Part shown: positions 40,566 to 53,137 of the stretch, piece by piece
How the letters are laid out: the number at the start of each line of letters is the position of its first letter
How positions within the stretch are numbered: position 1 is the stretch's first letter
Assembly: GCA_051294375.1 (NCBI GenBank)
Contig: CM119267.1
Span: forward strand, 1,123,601-1,187,600
Direction of reading: 5' to 3'
Origin: Paraspadella gotoi
Lineage: Eukaryota; Animalia; Chaetognatha
DNA length: 64,000 bases
Program-made: the position numbers and the translations under genes
The notes under the pieces: model-generated
Told to the model about the DNA's origin: nothing
Databases searched by the model: none
What the model saw: only the letters and a program-made list of their open reading frames with translations

Positions 40566-43525
40566 ATGAACGAGGGAAGGAGAGACGAGGGCGAAGTGGA
40601 AAATATCCAGCTTTATCCCCAGTTACAACAGCAACAACAACAGCAACAACTGCTGGGGGATGAGCAAGACGCCGTTGAGATCACGCAGGATGACCTCGAC
40701 AGGTGATCTTCTCTCATTCTTTGCTTTTGCTTTCTCTTTTTCTTAAAATATTAATTTTGAAAAAAATTTTTTATGAAAGGTAACTCTAAAGTTTAAATGT
40801 TGCATGTGTTTTCGAAGCTCCAATTTTAAAATTAAAAAATCGAACAATTGTAAAAAAGAAAACAGAGCAAACAAATAATTGCCGGGATGGTTGCAAAAAT
40901 ATCTTATGTCAACAATAAACGAGAACAAATAAGGGGAAGATAAAAATGAAAAAGAAGAAGAGATCGGGAGACAAAGTCAAGCAACTCCGTCCACATGAGA
41001 CGGCAACTCAATCACGGGACTTCGGGAAGCGAGCAGGTCCCCGTTCTCGCGCTGAAGGCAGACAGAAAGTCTCTCAAAAAAGTGCTTAGACGTTTTGCCG
41101 ATATCTAAGCCGCATTCGTTGCTTGGAGTTTGGCGAAATCTTTTAGTTTGAGAAGCATCCAGGTCCCATGCCCGAAGGTAGTAACAACCAGAGGGATGAA
41201 GCCAACATCGGCCGGCAGTTTGCCTTCGTACTTAGCATGTTTGGCCTGGCGAGCTCGTTCCAGGGCATAGGTGGGGTTGAGGATGGTATGACCAAAACAG
41301 TCCTGGCGAAGGGAGGAGGTGACAGTAACATCAAAGGGGTGGTGGTCTTGTTCCGACATCTTTTCCAACCACGGATTGTGAAATCCCCAGGTCTAGGAGG
41401 CATCATCCGCCAGGTTCCTTTCTTCTTTGGTGGGCGCAAGTAGGGCTGCTGAAGCAGTCGAGACAATGGCATCCCGAAGGAGTTATGACGGCGAATTTTG
41501 TCTCCAGTCGAGGAGCAAGCTGAAATGGCGTGGTCTCCATAGATGTCGGAAGGTCTGTCACAGGATAAGCAGGGACCAGGAGCTGGAAAGATGGGAAGCC
41601 CCAAACGGTATTTGACAGCCATGATGAAAGATTTGGGAGGTAGGCGCAAGCCAAGGGCAGGAGAAGGGATGACATTGAGGAAGTCTCCAGTTCTGGACAG
41701 GCAGACGGATTGGAGGACGGCTCGAAAACGCTCATCCAGGACCTTTGACTTGAGGTTTTTCAGCCTAGCTTCGTCCACACGTCGGGAAAGGTATTTTTTG
41801 GGTGATTGAGGCATCAAGCTTGAGCAGGTGGAGGAGAGGAGGCTCCGGCGGAAATGTTGGATAGGAGCTCTAAGGCCTGAGTGTGGTTAAAGTGGAGGAG
41901 GAAAAAAAAAAGAGTAAAAAAAAATGTAAAGTTTTTTACTTGAGCAAAACTCCCATATAATGATCTTCGGGTTGAGCCAAACGATCTGATTGAAAAAAAA
42001 TCTAAATTATACATATTATATATTTTATTTTATCTCGACGTTTGTAGAGTTTGGAAACCAATCTTCGAGGACTACGCGGGAAACGAGAGCGGCTATTGCG
42101 GTAGATGTTGCGGCACCTGCTGCTCCTGCGGCGGCGGAACGCTGCGGTTGCCTGTCGGACTCATTCGAGATTTAATGGAGGGAATGAGGGATGATGCGAT
42201 CGACGGCGTCGGAGGCGGAGACGAAGCAGATCAGAACAACAAATGCTGCAAAATCTGGTTATATTTATTTAATAAAATGATTTTGATATTATTTAACTAT
42301 ATAATTGATTAACCCCGCTACTCCAGCATTCCCGCATCCTCGCCGCGCCCAAACCAGCGCCGCATCCAGATGCTCCTCTCCGCGTCGGCGCCGCCGCTGC
42401 CGCGTCGGGTGGCGGCGCTGGTAACTCAAAAGGCGGACGTCGACGGCGACGGTTGGGTCACCTACCAAGAATTCTGCCAGGTCATCCTGCGCCACAAGGA
42501 CGACCTGGAAGTGGGTCACGTCAACGCTTTACATCGCCTTCTCTCCGGCGCCGTCAAATCCGTGACGCCAAAATTCTACGACGAATATTACACTTGTTGT
42601 CCTCCTCCTCTTTTCATAATAATGGCTTCTCTCATCGAAGTCATCGTTTATATCTTTTATTCCATGGAAATGAAAGAATTTTCTTTAACGGCGCCAACTC
42701 CGCTTTATTCCCCGCTCATTTTCGATCCTTTCCGTCGCTTCGAAGTCTGGCGATTCCTCACCTACGCCCTCTTGCACAACGGGTTCGTCCACATCGCCAA
42801 CAACCTCATCCTGCAGCTCGTCGTCGGCCTCCCTTTGGAGATGGTGCACGGGTCCTGGCGTCTGGCGCTCGTCTACGTCCTGGGAGCGTTGACGGGCTGC
42901 TTGGCCCATTCCGTCACGGATTTTCCCACGTTCTTGCTCGGGGCCAGCGGGGGCGTTTACGCCCTGCTCGGCGCCCACGGGGCCAACGTGATTCTCAATT
43001 GGAACGAGATGAGATTCGGGGTCGTGAGGGCGGTGCTTCTGGGGCTGTACGTGGCCTTTGACCTCGGATGGGCACTTTATCAGAGATACGGACAGAATCT
43101 TAGGAATAATGTGAGTGGGAAAAAGAGAGAAAGAAAGCAAATTATGTTGAAGTGTGTTAAAGAGACTCGAAGAGTGTTAAAGTGTCAAAGATTGTGGAAG
43201 ATTGTCGAAGAGTGTCAAAATTTCAAGGAGTATCAGTGTGTTGAAGTGTGCCGAAATGTGTACGTTATCCTCCCACCTCCAGGTTGGCTACGTCGCCCAT
43301 CTCGGAGGATTCATCGGCGGCCTCCTTCTCGGAATCCTCTGCCTCAAAAACTTCCGCGTCCTCAAACACGAACGCTTCATCTTCTGGGCGGCGCTCGTCG
43401 CTCTCCTCGTCCTCTTTCTCATCGGCGTCGTCGTCAACGTCGCTTACGACGGATACTTCAAAACCAATGATCTTCCTCTCGGCGAATACATCCGGGTCAT
43501 GTGGAAGGATTACGGACCCAAGTGA
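40566..43525 (+). CDS. Secretase-type rhomboid protease with an N-terminal EF-hand (RHBDL1/3-like; exons 40566-40702, 42048-42257, 42328-43110, 43283-43525)
   Basis: EF-hand DVDGDGWVTYQEF, CCPPPLFII, EVWRFLTY..H, HIANN, GASGG (catalytic Ser) and VAHLGG (catalytic His). Confidence 0.92.
40978..41897 (-). mobile_element. 5'-truncated, frameshifted non-LTR retrotransposon fragment with a restriction-like endonuclease (CRE-like), in rhomboid intron 1
   Basis: Minus-strand peptides KYRLG..CLSC..DIYGDHAISAC..RRHN (CCHC+RHN), RPGD..DVTV..AKHAKY, FIPLVVTTFG and RLSVCLQRENG. Confidence 0.8.
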
Positions 43526-44923
43526 GACGGAGACATGGATCCTTCTACATCCGGGTCCATCGATCCATCGATCCATCGATCCAGCGTTTAAAGTTTAAGA
43601 AAAGGAGGAAATTTTTCTCGTTTTTTTCTGAAAGAAAACGAGAAAAAAAGCTCAAATTCAAATTTGGAAGAAAAAAAAATCCCCACTGAAAAAAAAGAGA
43701 GGAAATTGGGGATTTGTTTGTAAGTCGAGAGAAGAAATTAGTTACGACGGAGATAAATTTAAAAAAAAAAGCATAAAAATTTCGCTGGATCATTTGAAAG
43801 GAGGATTGGATTGACGGGGGGGGGTCAGGGTAAATTGACGATTGGTTTGAAGAGACAGAAATAATTCGTTAGCTCGTAGTTTCGGGTGCATGACGCATTT
43901 TCGGGGAATCAGAACAAAGTATTTTATTTCCACAAAAGTTTTTTTCGGGCGCACAGTTTTGACTTTAGGAACGGGGCCAAACCGTGTTGTCGGAAAAGAG
44001 CATTTTAAGGGCAAAGAACGAGCTGGTCCCAGTGTTTTGGATGAGCACGGGTTTTCAAGTTTCCCCTTATTAAACTAATCACAAATTTGGGTCCGTCAGA
44101 AATCACAAATTTCTGAGATTTTTTTTTTTTTTTTTAAATTTTGCTTTATTTCGGATTTGAGTGTCCTCACTCCTCAGTACTTGAAGCGTTTATTTTGCTT
44201 CACTTAATGTGTTCGTCCGATGACAACGATAGCATTTCTTTTCGTGGTTATGGGTGTGACTATGAATATTGTGTCTCTCTCTCCCTATCTTTTTTTTACA
44301 ATTATCGCGTTGATCTCTCGATCTCTCTCTCGCTCGCTCGTTTTTCGGTAATGAAATGTAAAACAGGCTTGACAGCAAATTTTAAACTTTTAAGACATAA
44401 ATCCTGGTGAACGGGAAGGGTTTCATTTAATTATTTCACTTTTAATTCATACAATCGCGCACAAATGTTTTTTTTTTTATTTGACGATGAATCGTGTTGA
44501 ACATTCCATGACTCGAGATCTCTTTCTCTAAGAAAAAAGTCATTTTTCTAAATGTTCCCTCCGAGACCGCATCTTCTGTCGAATATTATATTTTCCCGCT
44601 AATATTTCAAGTATTATTTTTATATTACTTTTTTATCCTTTACAATTTTTTAAAGAAATTCAATGGCTTATTAGCTTCGTTGACTTATCTTGGTTTCTTT
44701 TCAGGAATGATTTAAAAAGGAAAACATAAATCAATATATTCACTGTCGTATTTTGAGATATTTCGGCCTCGGACTTTCGGAACGAGACGATGTCTCATAG
44801 ACGCGGCGAATCTTGCGGCGAATCTTGCGGCGAATCTTGCGGCGAACCTCATAGACGCGGCGAACCTCATTTGCGGCGAGAAGACGACGACGACGACGTT
44901 TGAAAAGGACGAAGACGACGACG

Positions 44924-46657
44924 ATGATGATGGACGAGTGTTTGGAGGCGACGGAAGAAGACGAAGTGGAGACGATCGAGGAAGAGGCGTCCGAGTCTTC
45001 GCCGCCGAATCGACTCATCACAAATCCACTTGAAATCAGGTCAGTAGGATTAAGGATTTAACACAAATCCCGATGGGAATGATTCTTTATGGTGACAAAT
45101 CCAGTAGGATTAAGGATTTATCACACATCGGGACGGGAATTAGCGTTTAAGTTAAGTTTATTCTATTGACCTGAATTCACCTGGATTTGTAAAGGATTTA
45201 TCACACATCCGAACGGGAATGAGCATTTAAGTAGACAAATCCAGTTGAATTCTGGTCAGTAGGATAAAGGTTTTATCACAAATCCGAATGGGAATTAGCG
45301 TTTGAATTAAAATAATCATATCGCGAGCAGAAATTAGTGGTATGAGGATATAAGTTAATTTGAAAATAATATGATAAATCTGGTCCGGATTTGTTACGAT
45401 CTTTTAATCACCTAGAAGACATTTAGTTTTACGATATAAGAAAGATTTCAAAATGAGATGATTATGTCCAATCTATTGGAATAGCCCCCCAAAAAGCCTT
45501 CACTGGGGAATACTTATCTAAAAAAAAGATTTTTGGTCAGTTCTGCGGAAAATCCCCTGGTAATCCCCCTTTCCTTTTGATCACCCCTTCCCCTCAACCC
45601 CTGCACCACCCCTGCTTTCCCACTTCTCTTATCCCCTGCTTTCCCTCTTCCCCTGTCAGACCGATGGGCGAATCCCCTGATCTCCGCAACTTTTCTCCCG
45701 ATTGCGACGAGGATTCTCCTCTTCAGTCGCTCGACTTCATGAAAGAGGAAACTCTTCCTTCTGGATTTCTCGCCGGTCAGTTTCATTGTATAAAATAAAT
45801 TTATATAGTACTCTTTATGGTATTTTTAGAGGGATTGGCCCTTTTATACAAGGGAAACCGCGAATTGAAATATTATACTAATTCATTGATAGGAAAGTGA
45901 GCACGCTCCTGTTATGTTATTATCTCGTCAGAGGGATGGAGGCCTTAAGTTTAACTCACAATATCCTGTCCATTGTCAGAGGCAACAGCTTCCACGAATT
46001 GATAATTTTGATATTGATTGTACCAATTTCATAAATATATCGATACATTAGGAACGCCGCCACCGTCTTCTCGAGAGCGGCGAAGATCAAAGGACAAGGA
46101 ACGAGCGAATCGAGTGACCGGAAGTCGAATCACAAAAGCTCTTGAGGATTTCTTCCATCTGGACCACGTCGACGGAGTCTTGGTGAGTTTATTGGCCCAT
46201 CGATTACAGTCTATGTATGGGGTGAACTTATCAATGAATATGAAATGATGAGCGAGTTGTTTAACCTCATTTTCATATTGCATTAATTGGGATAACTTCG
46301 AATGTTTTCTACATGTCCAGTTGTCCACTCATGTTTCCTAATGGAATTCTATTTGAAATCGTTAAAGATATTTAGTCTTTTTGCCAGGCTTCGCCCGACA
46401 TCGCCCCTTCCGCCCGCACGGCCGAAGCCCCGATCCTCCGCGGTCGTCGCGGCTCTCGGGGCAGCGGCCGCGGGTCACGTCCTCCGTCGGGCGACGCCGG
46501 CGGCGCCACCGCCGAATCCCGCGACGCCGCGCGGCGAAGGAAGAAGGCGGCGGTGAAGAACAGATCCTTTGATCGCGATGCCAAATTGAGAGATCAGAGT
46601 CAATCGGCGTCTTTCGACTCGGACCCGCTCATGATGAGTTATCCCACCATGAGAGCC

Positions 46658-46709
<52 letters not shown>

Positions 46710-48822
46710 ACAGTACAGAATTTATGTACTTTAATCTAAGGACAAAAAAATTAAATCAAATTAAGAACTGAATCTCCTAGTTTACATCAAATTCTAAAGA
46801 TTATCTCTTTCAATTCCCAACAAATGCGAACTTTAGACATGCGCACTGCATCGAACTCGATCCGTTCATCGCAATTGGACATATCCGTAGACTCGACGGA
46901 GCACTACCAGTCGTTGGCCCTTCAGCCCGTTCACAGGTAAATGCTGCCTTGCGCCAAGCCGACTTGCTTGATCACTGATCAATGATCAGGTTAAGTAATC
47001 GTCCCTGATCGTGCCAATCCTCGCTGACGTAATTGATCGGTTTAAGCAAGCATCGCTGACTCGCAATCATCACCGACATGCTAGATCCTCAAGAAATCGT
47101 GTTCAACGTGTTTAATCTTGCCAAGCAATCATCCCCAACATGTTTAATCGCTCCAAGCATTTCCTCCTTCGTTCAGAATCGGAGCCTCCGTTCTCAACGG
47201 CTCCGCGGATGGAAACGTCGCCGCCGAAGCCTCCGTCTGTTCGACGTCTCTCAACCTCTCGTCTCTCCGCAGTCCGCTCGGCCGCCACGTACGCCCGACC
47301 CGCCACAACTCGTTCCAATCCGCCCCCGCCCGTCGACCCCGCATTCCCTCGGAAGTGGCCCGATGTCCTCAGGACCGGATCGAGTTTTGCCGGAAACTCT
47401 CGGCGACTCTGAGCAGTTGGGGGAAGAAGAATCGGGAGAGAGAGAGGAACGAGGAGAGAGACCTGGCAAGACAGGTCAGCAGCGAGGAGCAGGTCTACCA
47501 GGCACGCCTGCACGACTTGGTGTGGCTAGAGTTGTTGGCCTGGCGTTACGGCCTGTCTATGAAGTCGATGGACGCGACGCTCATGTTTGCCAGGGAATCC
47601 TTCGTGCCAGAGGTGCTCGTCGAGGTGCTCGACTTTGAGTTCCGGGCGGAGTCTCTCGTTGAAGGTTTGAAGTTGGGACGAGGGTGAGGGATATGGGTTT
47701 TTCGGTCTGTCAGTCCGGCCGCAATAAACTATCCTCTCTCTCTTTCTCTTCCAGAATTCCCCTGTCAAAGACTTCCGACTGACTGCGGATCCCCTTGTCC
47801 TGACTTTTCATCTCCCGACCACGGCAACCTCACGCTCAACCACGCCGACCACACGACCGACCACACTTACCACACACCTTCTTGCCCCACACCCCGCACA
47901 CCGTCTCCAGATGGTGACTTCGCCCCAACAACCCCCACGCGCTCCTCGTTCTCCACCGCCCCTTGCTCTCTCTATCACGATTTCGACGCCGAGTCATCCC
48001 ACGCCGTCTTCAGCCTTCACTGGGCGCCCTCACGGTGCCACGTGGCGTCGCAAAGAGACGCCATGATCAAAGTCGGAGCCCTTCTCGATCGAGTGCAGGT
48101 TAATGAAGAGAGGGAAAGGGTAGGCGCTTGTCAAGCCTTTATGCTTTTTATCGTCGAAATCGCTTTGCGTTTGCGACGATCTTGTAACGCTTTTGCGCAT
48201 AAGTGGCGTAGTCGTTATCGTCGTCTTCGTCGGCGTTCCAAATTATAGATCGCCTTTTTTATGATTAAATTTGGGTGTATGAAGCTACAAATTTATATAC
48301 AGCTTCTCTTCATTGATGTGCTTAAAATTTGGTCAGGACAGTTATTAAATATGTTTTGTTTACGTTTTATCAAAACGAACAAATTTCCTCTTTTATTTTT
48401 ATGTTTCCTTCTCTCTCTCTCTCTTTTCTCTTTAATTACATGTAACTCACTCTCTCTCTCTTTTCCCTAGTGCTGATTCAACGGGAAAAAAACGAATCTG
48501 CAACTGGCTCTGCAGGGCTCTTTCTTTTTCTCTCTTTTTTCCTGCTGCTTTTGCTGCTGCCTTTTGAGTCTGCAGCTAGCTCTGCAGGGGCTCTCTCTTT
48601 TCTCCTGCTGCTTCTGCTGCTGCCTTTTGATTTCTTTCTTTTTTTCTCTCTCTCTCTCTCTCTCTCTGCGTTTTTATTAAAAAAAAATTGAATTAGGATT
48701 GAACTCGTATAATTATGCATCGCATTCATGCATGTTATCATTTTGCTATTGCAACATTGGGTTTTTATTTATTTTTTTCTCAGGGGCTGCGTCTGCTAAT
48801 CAATTTTTTTTTTGACAATGAA

Positions 48823-48856
<34 letters not shown>

Positions 48857-51800
48857 CAGAAACTGTAACTTTAATTTTCCTCGTACTTTATTTTATTTTT
48901 AATTGACAATCACAAAATATAATTTTTCTTGTTTATAAATTAATTTTCTTTTCTCAAATTTTATTTTTTTTAGTATCAATTTATCTTTCCATATATTTCT
49001 CCTGGTTTTCTTTTTTCTTTTCTTTCTTTAATCTCCTTTCATCGCTTTCTGCTCCTCCAGGCGGCGGAAGCACTCTTTCCCACAACGAAAGCCTTCGGCT
49101 ATTTCTTCGAAGAATATCGAACCGAAAAGTTTGTGCAACACGTGGAGGCCTTAAGCCTCTGGCTCAATCTCACAACAGATCTCATCCTCAAAGTTCAGGT
49201 CGCGCATGCGCCAGAGATTCGGATCAATTATTAATGCAGCTTAATCAAAATTTAAATCTCAACAGACGATGGCCAAATTCCTCCATTTGACCCAAATGTC
49301 TGGCCTCAACCTTCCATGGCTTGACTTTGAGTTTCCGGCGCCACCGGAAGTGGGCGTCGACTTTTTGGCGCAAAATCGAATCTCGGAATCTTTGACGCGA
49401 CTCAATCTCGTTGGAGTCGATGATGAAGACGAGGAAGACGGACCGTCTGCGGAAGGCGTGGATCCTTCTATTTCCGACTCTGGATATTCCCCATTTTTCG
49501 CTATGGAAATGGAGGCGGCCGAAGAGGAGCAGGTTGGGATGGGAAGTGGGGCCGTTAGGAAGACTGGGTTGAGGGATTAGACCGAGTTGGTGCGGTTTGA
49601 GCTTTACAATTTTAGAGCAAATGTATATTTTATAATATTATTAAAACCATTATAAACTTATGGTAGTCGGGCATTGCCACCTGCTGTTGTGGATAAGGCG
49701 CGAAGTGGGCTGAAGACTACTATCCGTAACTTTTATGCCCCCTCAGCAGCCATGGAACGGGTCCTGGGTTTTCCCCGCCCCCAAAGCGGCTTACTGCCGT
49801 CCTCCCGTTTTCCTCAGTGGTCATGAGCTGATGGCTTTACTCAATGAGCTGTCAGGAACAAACTCACTGGGTCACAACTGAAAGTGTCATGTTTATAGGT
49901 TGTGTAAACTTATGCAATTCCCGACTACATGACTTCAGACCATCCTTATGCTAACCACAGGTTGGGTAGCATTGGGGATCAATCCTGGTACCTGATGGTC
50001 ATAAGCTAATGGTATAACTCAATGAGCCACCGGGTCACGACTGAAGGTGTCATGCTTATAGGCAGGGTTAAATTATTGCAATGCCAGACTACAAACAATC
50101 AATTAAATAGTTTTACCGTTGAATTCTATCTCAGTCGAACCCGAATAGCGAAAGTAAACCCGGAATTTCTCTCACCATTCCATCTGACGATGACAACGAC
50201 GACGTTGAGAGCGACGACGAAAACCGCTGCATTTCCGTTGTCAAGTAAGAAAGGACTTACGCAAGCGATTGCGACGATTATGGGACGATGGTCCCCATAA
50301 ATGGCATCGTCGTCGTCGTCGTCGTTGGCGTTTCAAATTATAGATCGCTTTTTAGATCGCTAATTGTATGAAGCTGAGAATTTTGATATATTTTCTCATC
50401 ATCAAGGTCCTTGAAAAATGATGAGGGGATTTATTAAATGTGATTATATTTTATAAACAAAATAAATTTTTTTGTAATATTTTTTTTTGTCAGCATTATT
50501 GTATTTAAATTAATCATATTAATTTAAATGATTATATTCTTTCCTTCAGCCCCCTCGGCCCCATTGTCCCCAAAGTCCGTTTCCGTTCTGTCTCATCCGA
50601 GATCGGCGTCGGATCTCCGTCTCTCTCTTCCTCCGCATCTCCATCGACTTCATCGCCTCGAGACATTCCCCTCTCTCCCCCGCTCGTCCCTCCTCTCGCT
50701 CCCCTCGCCCCCCGAAGCCCCGAGCGGGTCCACGGCGTCTCGGTCCTTCAGTCTCCCCCCAACGTCTCGACCAAGGATCTCAAGTCGCCCGTCTACGCAT
50801 CAAAGACGATCATCTACCGCAAGTTCGTCGACAAGAGTCTCAAACAGATGGGTTTGCGGAAACTCATGGCCAAGGTTCTCAACGTGTTGCAAGGTGAGGT
50901 GGAGTTAGACAATATCTATATCTAATTTATATCTAATTATATCTAATATCTAATTATCTATATTACCTTTAATACTTAATGTTCCAAACTTTCTAACTGA
51001 TTATTACAATAATTCAATAGTTAATACGTACGAATAAAATGATTTCTCGACTAATTTTAGAAATCAAAAGTTGTGATAATATTTTTAATAGTAATGAAGT
51101 CTATCCCATTTCTGTAATATGCAAATGAGATTAAAAATTTTCTTGTCGTCGTTCAGGGACAATGGAGAAAATCCGGGTTGCTTTAGAACATCCGAGCGAG
51201 GCGGAATCCCTCATGGTTCCGGATCAAATGTTCGGTGCCAAATCTCTTTCCGCCGAAGCCTTGGAAGCTTATTTGGGTCAATTGCGCCAGGCCAATTCCA
51301 TGAGCAGGTTTGGGTCGTCAAGTGGAGAAGAAAGAGTATAAGATCTCTCTTGAAAATATTTTATTCCATTATTTTTATATTTCAATTAATCCAAATTCGA
51401 CACTATATAAATGGGCTTGAATAATTAAATGAACACTTGAAGGTGCGTGGACGCGTTGGAAAAGATGCAGCTGCCGTCGCTGCGGCCGGCTGCGCTCTTC
51501 CTCGCCCGAGTTCCCCTCGACGTCGTTCACGAATGCCTGAGGCTGCGGTTGGATCAAAGACCTCGAACGGAGCCTTCAGTTCTCTCCATTCGACAACTCA
51601 TGGCCGGTCGCTACTTGGCATTTTATCTTTAAGAGTTTTTGGTCAAAAAATTTATCTTTCTTTGTCTCCCCCAGAATACAAAGAAGTCCTGCGCACGGCG
51701 ATGACCCTCCGTCAATACTACGAAGCCTTCGTGAGCCTCATCCGCGGGGAAGAGAGCGTCCGTTGCGACGGGGCCGACCCGGGATTGGAGACCTTCAACG

Positions 51801-53086
51801 ATGACGTCCAAGAGATGTTGAGGACGTACTTCTGGTCGCTGGAGAAGTGGCTGCATCTCGTGCAGAAGGCTCAAGATTTTCCCGTCGACATCAGATCTCT
51901 GTTGGAGGACGAGTGGCTCTTCATCCAATCGATCTCCACTCAAATCCCTTCAGGATTCGTCCAAGCCGCCGCCAAATTCTGGGACATCACCGCCGGCGTT
52001 TTTGACGCTATCTCCTTGCACCTCACCAAAGCCCTGCACCCGTGTCTCGAAGAAGGTGAATTAATCATCACCGTAATGTCCACAGTCATGACCAGTTTGA
52101 CTACATCCTCTCAGACGCCATATCCTCGCGTCAAAACTACGTGGACGCGTGTCGACGCGCGCGCAACGTCTTCAAGGAAGTGCGGGAGCGCGCCTTCAAG
52201 ATCTGTGCCTTCGCTCGAGACCTCAAGACGCACACCCACTGTGCCTTTCCCTTCCAACTCACCGCCAACGCCAAGATGCTCGTTGAGCTTCTTGACAACC
52301 TCGGATTCGTTCAGGTGAATGCGGCGATGTTTCTCGCAATTCGCAACCGCAACGTTTGCCTTTTTAACAAACGCTACTGAGAAATGCTTCTACATTATTG
52401 TCATACTTGTGCGATATTTCAATTTCATCTTTGCCCATTCTCCTCCTCCTCCTCCTCCTCCTCCATCAGATCGTGGGACCCAAAACCCCCGGTTGCCTCC
52501 TCCTCGTCCCCAAATCTCTCTCGCAGAAACACGAGGGCGTCGTCGGGGATCTCCTCGAGTTCGTCTGGAGCGACGAGGGACTCAACAAGACGAGCGTCGA
52601 GAACCGCGACTCACTTCAGTCGATCGGGGGATACTTGCTCGTCGTTAGATGCCACGTCAGTTCTTTTGGCCTGAATGTGGAGGCGGTTTGAGAGAGAGAG
52701 AGAGAGAGTGTGAGAGTAACTAGCTTCTTTGTCGACCGCGCAATACAGTTGCAAGTGACCGTTTCTGTTTTCCCCATTTATTAATATTAATATATATTAT
52801 CCTCAGGAGGAATGGAAGGGATTAACGTATAAAGTTGAGAGTCGCCTCTTTTCTCGACCTATTCCTCTCAATTCCTTCTTCGATGCTCCTCTTCTCTTCG
52901 TTTCTCCAACCGATAAAAACTTCTACATGCAGAGGGACTTTCAGACGCTAGTCGGTCAGTCAATAATATTTATTTGAATATTTATCGATTAATGCTAGTA
53001 AATTACATGGCAAACCACCGATAGTTTGAGAACTGTGCAAAGTTTGAAATTTTCGTTTAATGAGCTTTGTAGCATGTTGTTATCTA

Positions 53087-53137
<51 letters not shown>

